Source of the DNA: Vitrella brassicaformis CCMP3155
Taxonomy: Eukaryota > Protista > Chromerida
Assembly: GCA_001179505.1 (NCBI GenBank)
Contig: CDMY01000831.1
Location: forward strand, 1 to 64,000
DNA: 64,000 nucleotides
Direction of reading: 5' to 3'
Below are positions 1-10,583 of the stretch, one piece after another; the first letter of the stretch is position 1, and every line of letters begins with the position of its first letter. The translations under genes and the position numbers were made by a program. Under the pieces are notes generated by a model. It searched no databases and was not told the origin of the DNA. It was given only the letters and a program-made list of their open reading frames with translations.

Positions 1-97
1 CCCCCCTTTGAATGGGGGGGCGGGGGGGCCTTAAAGGGCAGACATGTAGGTATTCGAGGCAGACGATGATGCATAGGAAGACCAGGGCATTTGGATA

Positions 98-153
98 CGA
101 CGGCAGGCATTGGCATCGGTGGAGCCGACGGCAGGCATTGGCATCGGTGGAGC
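98..153 (+). repeat. 28-bp perfect tandem duplication (CGACGGCAGGCATTGGCATCGGTGGAGC x2)
   Basis: Two adjacent identical copies at 98-125 and 126-153, with no spacer. Confidence 0.9.
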
Positions 154-617
154 TTTGCAAAGGGAGACGGCGCCCTGTCATTAGGTGGGGGTCTGTTATG
201 GGGGCGTCTTGCCTCCGAGTCGAAGTGAATGAGAACCTTTGTGTGGTTCAAGCTGTTCCAGTGACCGTTGTTGTCTTGTGCGGCAACTTGTGGCTCGAGA
301 AAATTGTGGATATATGATCAGTCGCCCGTCAAAATACGCCGGAAGTAGCTCCGTTGACAATAGAGACACGTAGCGAAACAGAGACACGTTAAGCGTTCGT
401 GCATCCATAGACAAACACTCATGTGTGAGTAAATAACACGCAATACGACACAGTGAAAACCAAGGGGGGGGAGGAAGACACAATGCCAATTCGCGCTGCT
501 GCAGTTCACTCGCCGCGAGCTCCGCCAAAGCTCGCCGCCATCCTCTTCGATCTTCAGGGCCCCAACCACCATCATGGGGCCACCGCCCGTCGTTCGTCCA
601 TCTGCACGAAGTCCACG

Positions 618-3600
618 ATGGATTCGTACATTCGTCTATGTCTGGTCGTCGTTTATTTGGTCACCTGCCTCCCCCCTCATTGGTGTGCGTGTCCCATTGA
701 CCAATGGCCGCAGGAGAAGCTGCCACTCGGCGAGTACTCATTCGAAGAAAGCGAGGAGGGCCTCGCATGGAATCTGTAAGCCACCATCCTGCGGCGAATG
801 AGTGAATCCACACGTTCATTTACGCCATGGGTGGTGTTTCTGTGGCAGGAAGGGAGAAGTGAGCGGTATCAAGCTGGAAAATGGCAAGGCTGTGATATCG
901 ACGTCCAAGAAGCATGCTTACATGGACCTCAATTTTGGCGCTGCTGGGATGCCCGACGTCAGACGAGCAGCCCTCGCCGCAACCATCGATCTCTCCCAGC
1001 TTCAGCTGCCTCAAGTGCCTGCCAGTCCCAAATGGAACCCAGATATCAGGCAAACCAGTCAATGGGGACACAATTCGTTCATATCTTTTTGCGGTCTGCC
1101 TCCGTCATATGCCTTCCAGGGGCAATGGCTTCGAGCTGCTAAAGATGCATGGCCTGCCCGATAACGGTCGTGTAGTGAGCCTCGTCCCCTATCGCAAGGC
1201 AGACGGGCTCGCAATGATGTTCACACATAACAGTGAGGATGGCCACATCAAGGCCGAAGACAAGCCCTTCGCGGTGCCCAACGACGGACAGCCACACGAA
1301 TACATCATTGGGTTTCCAATGAAGGGCAAAGACGGCGATGGGGATGTCTTCGTGTGCGTCGACGGAGAATTGAAGTTTCAGGCAGCCCTTGCAGACCTGA
1401 AGCTCACCACAACCGATGTCACAGTAGTCCGCCTGGGGTAAGCATGTCGTTGTATCGATCAGACGTTGATGGACACGCACCTGTGTGATTTATGTGTCTC
1501 TCTGCAGCTTCGTGGCGTGGGGTGATAATGTGGGCGGCTCTCTCCTCATCGACAAGGTGCTCATGTACGTCCCCTCCCTGCCTGACGTCTACGTGGACGA
1601 GAAGACAGGAGCCGACACCAATGACGGGGCCACTCCTGAGACGGCCCTAGCCTCGGTCGTCCGTGCAGCTGAGGTGGCGCGGCCGGGGACAACAGTGCAC
1701 ATTGCAGAGGGCATCTACCGAGGAGCCTTGAAGTTGAGAAGCGACGGCAGGGCGGGCCAGCCGATCAAATTCGTCGGCAAAGGCAGCGACAAGACGGCCA
1801 TCGTCGGCTCGATCCGCGCCGACTCACTGACCTGGACTCAGCATAAGGACAAGATCTACAAGGCTGACGTGACGAAGCTGAAAGATGGGTCGGGTTATGT
1901 GGGCACTTGGAGCCTCGCGAAGGCCCCCCGCTACGTGTGCAAGTCCAAAGCGCCGGGCGACTGTACTAAGAAATACCACCTCGCACGTAGCCCTAACTAG
2001 AAACCTCCTGACGAGCCTGAGGAGTACAAATATATGAAGGTAAGAGCATGCATTTTCTCTGGCTTCCCACGCGTTGCATTATCTTGTTTGTCTCTCAGCA
2101 TTGGTACATGGCTGGTGAGTCAGCACAGAAAAGTCCATGGCTGTTGGCCATTTGGTGTCTCCCCCTCTTCTTTCTGTTGGCCAGACGGAGGGAGTGGCGT
2201 CCCCGACTGCACGCCTGGGGCCGAAGCGAAGGAATGCGACAAGGCCAACTGGTCGCTGAACACTCTCACCGATGTGGGCCATTTTCCTGATACGGGGGAA
2301 CCCCAACCAGACCTCACACTAAAGACACTGCCGGATCTGGTCGGGGCAACCGTCACCATCAATGATGGTGACAAACAAACCAAAACTCACAGCAAAGCAC
2401 GGGTATTATGCTCCATCTATCGCGTTCTTAGGGGAGAGTGGCTTCTGGACGGCAAACTTCCCCGTGAAAACGCACAACAAGGCCGCAGGAAAGATAACGA
2501 TCGGTATGCGTGCATACATAGCCGCAGCGAGGGAGAGACACACGTGTCCTGGCACTCCCTTCTTGTATCACTTGCCTCTTTCCGTGTCTCGGTCCTTTCC
2601 CTTTAGAGGGCGAGTTCTACGCCTTAACCCGTGACCACAAAGGAATACGGGCCTACTCCCACTATTTCGTACAGAACAAACTGTCGCTGCTTGACAGCGC
2701 AGAAGAGGTCAACAGAGACACACGAACAGATTTACACTGTCTGCCCAAACATGTCTCGCCCTCTTCAGTATTGGTTTGATGAGGCAACGAGCACCCTCTA
2801 CGTGTGGAAAAATGACGACGCACAATGGAGCGACATTGAGATCTCGACAGACGCAGAGGACCAAAAGGTGGCCCTCGACATCACCGGCAAGTCGCACTGG
2901 GAGCTCAGCGGCATCACATTTTCTTTCTTCCACACCATCCTGCACGAGAGCTATCGCCCCAATACGCCATCGGAGTTCGTCAAGATCGACAATTGTCACT
3001 TCCACACAGCGGTGTACGGCCTGCGGCTCCTCCGCGCGGGCGACCCGACGAAGCCTTTGAAGCAGACAAGATTCTGGACTGTGACCAACAATGGTGAGCG
3101 AGGCAGATGAAAGACGAATAGAGACTTCGTTTGTGTGATTCACTGTTCCCCGTTTGTGCAGAATGGTCGCACATTGACGAGACGGCAGTTTTTTCAAAGC
3201 CTTTAGCAGAAATGGGCGCGCCAGGAAGAGACCCCAAAACCGGTAAGGGCTTATTCGGGAACACATATAGACAGATAGTGAAAGCATCGATCCCTCTGCG
3301 CTGTCAGGCGTCAGTGTCATCAGAGACCTCTATTTCGCAAACAATCACTTCCACCACATCGGGTTCGCATTCGAGAACCCCTACTTTGCCGGCCGTCACG
3401 CGCCGGCCGCAGTGTCCTTCGCATCGGCGACAAATATCACATTCATCCACAACAACATCGAAGTGAGCCATGGCATGCGAGCAGCCACACCAGGCAAAAG
3501 GGCAGTCATCGATATCGAATTCTCCTGTCCATACATCAGATAGTGGGGGGCTATGCAGCCCAGATGCGATATGGCCAGCATGCCGCAGACGCGTTTGTAT

Positions 3601-5393
3601 ATCCCGACATCCAGCCGTCTGCATACGGTGATAACTTGATGGCACGCAACACGTTCCAGCGAGCCTGCGAGATGAAGGCGGACTGCGGGACTGTCTCGAT
3701 CTCTGGGAGACCGCCATTCGGCAACCTCTTTTCGTACGTAGGATGGGAAACACACTTACACAGGCTGGCTCGCTGGCTGGCTGCATCACCCTTTCGTGGC
3801 CGTTTGTTTGTTGCTGTTTTTGTAGGAGAATGTAAGCAAAACCGTCCATGGTTCACCACTGTGTCGGGCCGTCCGTCCATTTTCGTACGTGTTGTGTGTA
3901 GGTGATCAGCAACACTTTCGGATGGACGGGCGCTGGCCACCATGGCCGGAACATGGGCGGGGCGGGAAGCGGAATCTATCAAGAATACATCTACGGGGTT
4001 CGTGGGGGACGGACACGTCTCCGCCACAAACTGTCGTCGTCTCTATTGCTTTTGTCTCTGTGAATTTATCACATGCTGTGTCTTTGCAGGGAGTGTTCCT
4101 GAGGAACGTGATCTTCAATATGGAAGGTGCGTGTTGATTACATATCTGTGACGGACGGTGCATTCATTGTGCGTGTCTGCCCTTTCTGTATCTGTCTTTG
4201 CCTGTTCAGAGAAGGGCGTGACATGGCACGGCAATGAAGAACATGTACAGTAACAGGGCCGATATATGTGCAAGAGATGCGCAAGGTCTCAACTCCTGCT
4301 GTTTATCTGTGCTTTGACTGACAGGACACCGAGTTCTTCTTTCTCAACAACCTGGTGCGACACGGTGCATCACTTTGGATACCTTCACTCTGTCCCCGCT
4401 GTGTGACAGGTCGCCCGTGCCGGCAAATGCGCCCGGTCACGGGAGCGCCACCTCAAGCAGCCGCTCTCCATCACCATTCAGAATGACCTCTTCGTCGACT
4501 GCGACATCGGCATCAACCTCGCCGCGCCCTCTGGAGGGACATTCCCCCGGGAATATTATGACGTTGACTACAATCTCTACATGCTCATGGACCCCGACGC
4601 GCAGATCGTGAGAGTGGGTCATAAGCCGGGGACCGAGACCTTCGAGAGCCTGGCTGCACTCCGGGAGGGGGAGAGCGGCCGATGGATTGAGGGATGGGAG
4701 ACACACGGAAGCGACACGGTGGAGGTGGGGGTGGGCTACAAGGCGGCGAAGCTGCCCCCACGGACAGGGCTGAATGACAGAAGGTTTCGCACATACGATC
4801 CAGGTAAGTAAGTTGCCGCGTGTGCTGCGCCATGTTGATGTCGCAGCCATCTGTGCGGTCAGCTTGGTTCGCGCCGACGTCAGCTCAGCTGGATGCATCG
4901 AATCCATCCTTCCCTGGCGAGGTGGAGCGCCTCCTGAGACATTTTGACATCTGCATACCGCTAGCACAGGAGCACTCGGTAAGACAGACACACGCCACCT
5001 ACCCAGCCATGCTCCGTGGCTCACACCTGCACCCACTGATTCATTCTACGTGTGCAGAACCTTCCGATCGGCCCTCACTCAGACGGAGCCAAGTGCTTCA
5101 AGGTACCCTCCATCACTCTGTAGATGTTTGTGTCTCTTCTCGTATCGGGTCGGTGCGTGTCCCAGGGGATCGGCTCGCTTGACGGTGGGCTGACAGTGCC
5201 GACGTCTCTTCCAGCAGCCGGCGGCGGAGATACGCCGCCCATTGGCCCCTACGATGGTAATCCGACAAATGGCGATGGTGATACGACTAATGGCGATGGT
5301 GATGATACTGTGGACCAACTCGACTCAGCGGCGAGGCGAAGTGTCGTGGGCGCAATTGTGCCACTTCTGCTGGCCCTTGGCCTCTATGGTTAG
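618..5393 (+). CDS. Secreted, probably GPI-anchored, right-handed beta-helix (DUF1565/pectin-lyase-like) protein, copy A; multi-exon, with one in-frame TAG at 1998-2000 (possible young pseudogene)
   Basis: Signal peptide MDSYIRLCLVVVYLVTCLPPHWCAC. DUF1565-type motif VYVDEKTGADTNDGATPETALASVVRAAEVARPGTTVHIAEGIY. NKLSLLDSAEE|YWFDE, repeated IDNCHF/FANNHF/IHNNIE beta-helix turns, and a hydrophobic tail DSAARRSVVGAIVPLLLALGLYG*. Exons join in frame apart from the TAG and one donor choice near 3732-3736. Confidence 0.75.
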
Positions 5394-6573
5394 CTAGGAC
5401 GGATGTGTGTCTCTCTGGCTGGTTTGGTTGTGTACGTTTCTTCCTGTATAAGGCGAGGAAGCAATTGGAGTGTATGGGTGTGAGGCGAGCGACTTTTAAG
5501 ACCTGCTTCTCTCTTTCGATGGCGAGTCTGTGGCTCTTTCTTGGCTGTAGTTTTCGGTCCAATTATGGATTCTGGACACTCAGGTCTGAGCTAGGTCAAC
5601 TATTGATGGGTCTGTCAACCAATGGCTGCATGCTCTCCCCCTCTCTCTGCACCCACTCCATCCATCCATCTCCAGCTGGTGCGAGACGCACAGTCACGGG
5701 CACTGTCTGGAAGTGCAAAAAGGGAAATTACCTGGCTAACTCACACATGCCCTCCGCTCCCTCCCCCTTGCATGCACTCATCAGCCCTCCTCCTTCATGG
5801 CAGGGAGCGGATAGCGCCACTCTGCAGTGGGCTCTTCGCTGCATGACATGAAGGACGATGAATGCCAAGCTCATGCCTGGGGGGGAACACGCGCTGCGAA
5901 AAAGATCGATGCGCTATCACATGGTCTGTTGAATGAATTACCCGTTGTCCATCAGCCAGCCCCTTGCTCATTGTCTGTCCTCCTCTCGCCCCTCGGTCAT
6001 CCAGTCAGTCGTGTCAAGACAAGAGCCAACCGCCCAGCCAGCCAGGCAGCTAGAGATACAATACGCCACACATACAAGAAATGACGCCCTCACTCATTCC
6101 CTCACGCCCCTAAACACTTGATGGCAAAGAGGCTACCGTTGGGAGCACGCACGCACGCATGCCACGCGTCAACGCATCGCATCGCATCGCACCCCTCTCT
6201 CTCTCGGCAGGGGAGAGAAGAGGGATACAGAAAAAGAGGCAGACATACACGCATTGCGCTCATCCATGTAGGTGTGCAGTGTGTATGGTCGTGCTGTCAG
6301 CGCATATATCAGAGCAGCAGCCATGGCCGGCCATTCATGCGGTGCATCCATAGAGTAAGTCAATCTACACCCTCTCTCTGCAGCATCCATCGGCCGGACG
6401 CCCATCCAACGGGAAAAATAGAGGGAGAAAAGCGTCACACACAAACAGGCACACAGGCACACATTCACCCTCACACCGACACCCACACCCACACACGGAC
6501 GCACCGACATACACACGCGGACGCATTCCCCTTGGTCCCTCCCTCCCTCTCACACGCCGCCCCCCGCCGACCT

Positions 6574-7482
6574 TCAGTGCTTGTCCTCCCTGCTGTGTTT
6601 CTTGTGGACGTCGAAGCTCTCGTCCATCTCGGGACTCAGCACAGCGGGGGCCCACTTCTTGCCAATCAGATGCATGTCGAAGTGCGGCATGTGCAGATGC
6701 GACTGGTGGCCCGCCTCACCCGCACCCGCCGCACCCGCAGCTGCCGCCCCCTCACCGGCACCGCCCCCAGCCGTCGAAGGCAGGCTCTTCTGCGACTCGC
6801 CTCCCTCGATGGCCCCCTTGATGTCGTCGTGGTGGTCGTGGGCGCCCGTGTCGTGGGACACGGCGCGGGATCGCCAGTTGGGCACGGGCACGTGCAGCGA
6901 GTAGGAACCCAAATGCAGGTGCCACGTCTGAACCAACCGACCACACACACCACACAAAGCATTGTGATGAAGGTGCCAACCGACTGAAAGAAAGTGTGTG
7001 TGGTGCTCGGTGCATGGTGGCGTCTCACCTTGGGCGTCTCCTGGGTGGTGGTTGGGTGCGATCCAGCGGAAGGCGTGGTGGTCGATGCGGTGGTCGTCAC
7101 AGACGCACCCAAGTTCGTGTCCGAGGCCGAACGCTGGCGAGCTGCACACATCACATCACAACACATCACAACACATCACGACACCAGCCAGGACAACGCA
7201 AGATGAAACCCGCCAGTGCACACAGCCAGCGGAAACGAGCCTGTCTGTGTCTCATCTGTGCTCACCTGGCTCAGTGGCCTTCGGCGAGGTGGTGCCTCCG
7301 AACCGACCCTTGACCATGTCCTTGACCGCTTTGAAGGCGTCCCAGAGGGGAGGTTGGCCAACGACGGGAGGCTCGGAGGGAGCGGCCTTCTGAGCAGCGT
7401 CGGACTGGCCTTCCTGAGCGGCCGGCTTCTCCTGCTGCCCTTCCTCCTTCTTCATGTACTCGCCAAGCGTGAAGTCCGTCAT
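6574..7482 (-). CDS. Hypothetical low-complexity protein (Thr-rich and His-rich exons)
   Basis: ATG 7482 (MTDFTLGEYMKKEE), codon-like exons separated by microsatellite introns, ending REDKH* at 6574. Head-to-head with BUD13. Confidence 0.5.
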
Positions 7483-7691
7483 CGTCGCAGTATGGTGTCA
7501 AGTCCTACGCACTGAATGGCACTGAGAATCGAAGCAGAAGCTTCCAGAAACAGAAGGCAAAACGATCTGCAAGCTCAAAAGTAGGAGAGGACGGCAACAT
7601 CACGCCAAAGCAACATCTCACCTTGCCATCCGTGGGATAGAAGTAAAAAAGGCGCAAAACGCGGCGTGAGGAGCTTGTGGAGCGCGCAGCC

Positions 7692-9698
7692 ATGACGTCC
7701 ACAAGCTCGAAGCTCGACTATCTGAAGAAGTACATGTCCAAATCATCATCCGTCGCAGACGGCACAGCGGACGTCATAGCATCAGCCAAGAAGAAGAAAA
7801 AGAAGCGGCCGAAGGAGGACCCTTCCTCGGCCTTCCTCACCATTCGCGACGAGACAGCGGACCTCCCGGCGCCAAAGGCCAAGAAGGCACGCCGCCTGCC
7901 GCTTCCGGACGACCTCCCCGACACCTCCAATCTCATCCACGAGGGAGATGAGGACGCTCCCGCACTCGCCGAAGACCACATTGACCCGGCGCTGCTCGCG
8001 GAGATCCGTCAGCGGGGTGGCGCGGACATCCCATTGGACGAGGAAGACGAGGGCGTGGCGCGGCGGTTCAAGCAGAGCCAGCAGGCCAGGAAGGAGCCGC
8101 CACCGCCCTCGGCTCAAGAGGAGCGCGCAGCCGCCATGGCGCAGCTGTTCCCTGGTGGCAGGAAGGCGGTCATTCACGAGGAGCCTTCTGTCAAGAAGGA
8201 GCGGGAATACCCCTTCCCCGTGCCGACCAAGGAGGAGCCAGATGACGATGACGACGACCTCTCCCCGCCCCGCAGACCACCGCCAGCACCATCGAGCGAC
8301 CGTGATGGTGACCTCTCGCCACCGCGCCGGCCGCCCGCCGACCAGGACGGCGACCTGACCCCTCCCCGCCGACCAGTCGTCATCAAAACGGAGCCAGATG
8401 AGGAGGGCGACCTGTCGCCACCGAGGCGACCCATGGCGGCTGACAATGACGGCGATTTGTCGCCCCCACGGAAGCCGATGGAGGATGCGGATGGCGGTCT
8501 GACGCCCCCGCGACGTCAGATGGTGGATGATGAGGGCGACCTGGATTTGGAGCGGCCCGTGCAGGGAGGGGAGGGGGAAAACGAAGGCGAAGGCAGAGAA
8601 CGGATGGCCGACGGGGCGGTGGCCGGGCTGGTCTCCGGGAGGGAGCTGAGGTGAGCATCGCGAGACCACTGCACTGCCTGTTCCATCGTCGCCACATTCG
8701 AACATGCCTTTCTCTGCTCCGTGTTCGGTGTTTGTGTGTCAGGGAGGAGGCGGAGAAGCTGCGGCAGCGTCAGGAGGCAGAGTTTGCGGCGGCTGATGCC
8801 GAGGCGCTGGGCAAGGGTGCGGCGGTGCGGTACCGCGACAAGGAGGGGCGGGAGATCGGTCAGAAGGAGTGGGAAAAACTCAACCAAAAGAAGAAGAAAC
8901 GACCCCGAGAGCCCGCACAGGTACGACAGACAGCCGCACCACAACTGTCATCACATGCATCCCTCCACCCATGGGCCATGGGCCACTCCTCTATGCGTGT
9001 CTGTCTGTCTGTGTGTCAGCATCTGGAGTGGGGCGCTGGTTTGGTTCAGAGGGACGAGAAGAAGCGCACTGAGGAGGAGGAACGCGTCCTCGGCCAGCAG
9101 CCCCTCGCAAGGTGACTTCACTCACTCACGTGCACCCACACGTAGTCCATCGACACACTCAAATGGTTGCCTTGTTGGCCCAGGTATGAGATCGATTCGT
9201 CGTACGATGCCGTGCTGAGGGAGCGTGAGCGGTGGGACGACCCACTCAGAGGCAAACTCGACAAAGCCGACAATGAAGACGACAACAAAGACACAACCAC
9301 AAAGACACAGACAGGTCAGCATCAACCAACCAACACCGCTGAGAGACGCCCCATGGCCAGACATCCATCTGCTCTCTGTGCGTGTATGTACCCCACGTCT
9401 TGATCCATCCATCCATCCATCAGCGGTGAGGAAGGCCCGCCCCAAGTGTCGCTTCCCCGCGCCGCCCAACCGCTACGGCATATCGCCGGGCTACCGGTGG
9501 GACGGGGTGGTCAGGGGCAACGGATTCGAAGACAAATTCCTACAGGTAGGCTGGCTGAGGACACCAATGCATGAGTACACAGGACGGGCGACCATGAAAG
9601 AGAATGTCCGATGTGTATGTGTGTTGGTGGTGCAGGCCAAGAACCGTCGCAAGTGGGAGGCTGAGCAGGGGTACAAGTGGAGCATCGAGGAGATGTGA
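7692..9698 (+). CDS. BUD13: Pre-mRNA retention and splicing (RES) complex subunit Bud13/Cwc26
   Basis: [10 protein letters not shown]-terminus, DLSPPRR repeats, [10 protein letters not shown]-like motif, QPLARY...[36 protein letters not shown]-terminus. Confidence 0.93.
8251..8517 (+). repeat. Six coding D(L)(S/T)PPR(R/K) repeats within BUD13
   Basis: DLSPPRR, DLSPPRR, DLTPPRR, DLSPPRR, DLSPPRK and GLTPPRR read directly in the ORF; typical of BUD13. Confidence 0.85.
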
Positions 9699-10583
9699 CA
9701 CAGAGGAGCGTGTGCGTGTGAACAAACTTGTGAGGGGGCGGTGACTGACACGACACCAGCTGGTCATTCGTAGCCAGCCAGGGAGGGGGTGAGGTGACTG
9801 ATGTGTTTGTCGTCTCGTGAGTGACGTACGTATTAAACAACTCTGATATGTCAAACGCGTGATATCGTCTCATGAACATGAACCAACATGGTATCGTCCC
9901 TCACGTATGAGTGAATGAATGTACCACGAACTCGGAAAATCGTCCGCATCATCTCTTTAAGTCAGCAGGGCCTGCCAATAGGCAACCGCCCTCAAAAACC
10001 ATCACACGCACCCGACGCCAACGTTGAAGACTACACGACCCTCTGCCCACCGTAGTGTGACGGCTTTGACTCCCTTTCATGACCTTCACCCGACTCGACG
10101 TATCGCCAGATGATCGGCAGCTGTAATGCCTCCCCATGTGGAGATTTGCCAGTCCAGGTGCAGATCACCGAACGGGACAGCAGACACTGTGTGACGAAGT
10201 ACGCAACTGCTGGACCATCATCATGCACACATGTCCTTCCTCCCCTGCTGTGCCCCCAACCAACACGATCGACCCGGCGAAGGCAAGATGTCTGATAGCT
10301 TATGAATACCAGACATCGGGCCTTCAACAAGTCGACACTATGGCTGGCGACATCAACAGGTAGAAAAGACGACAAGACAATGAAAGAAAAGACCCCACTT
10401 GTCTCGACTGGCGACGACTGCTCTCTGCCTCTCTGAGGTGACCATTTGGACCTCTCGCACGCAGCGCAGCGCAGCGCAGCGCAGCACAGCAGACAAGGGA
10501 ACCATACCACACCCACTCTGGTCACAGCCACTCTCTCTTAAACACGCGACAACCATAAGCCAGGAATTAATTCAGCCCTTCAG

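Noticed and set aside
1-30. G-runs at the window start as telomeric or G-quadruplex sequence
   Set aside because: No telomere repeat unit; too short and truncated to interpret.
98-153. 28-bp direct repeat as a CRISPR-like array
   Set aside because: Only two adjacent copies, no spacer, no cas genes, eukaryotic context.
196-528. Minus-strand 110-aa ORF as a gene head-to-head with copy A
   Set aside because: No domain, homology or splice evidence visible; cannot be supported from this window.
1868-2000. A simple inversion crossover between the two lesions regenerating a full A5'-B3' gene
   Set aside because: The 3' part of B has further lesions (acceptor 19305, -1 at ~19242, donor ~19080), so only a short conversion tract, not a crossover, would give an intact gene.
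6118-6987. Long ORFs such as 6118-6987, 22709-23704, 49337-50035 and 40807-41913
   Set aside because: Antisense or off-frame shadows of GC-rich exons, running through microsatellite introns (HTHT/VCVC translations).
9949-10556. Overlapping ORFs between BUD13 and the RCC1 gene as a retroelement remnant or gene
   Set aside because: No recognisable RT, integrase or other motif, and no convincing splice structure; probably convergent 3'UTRs.
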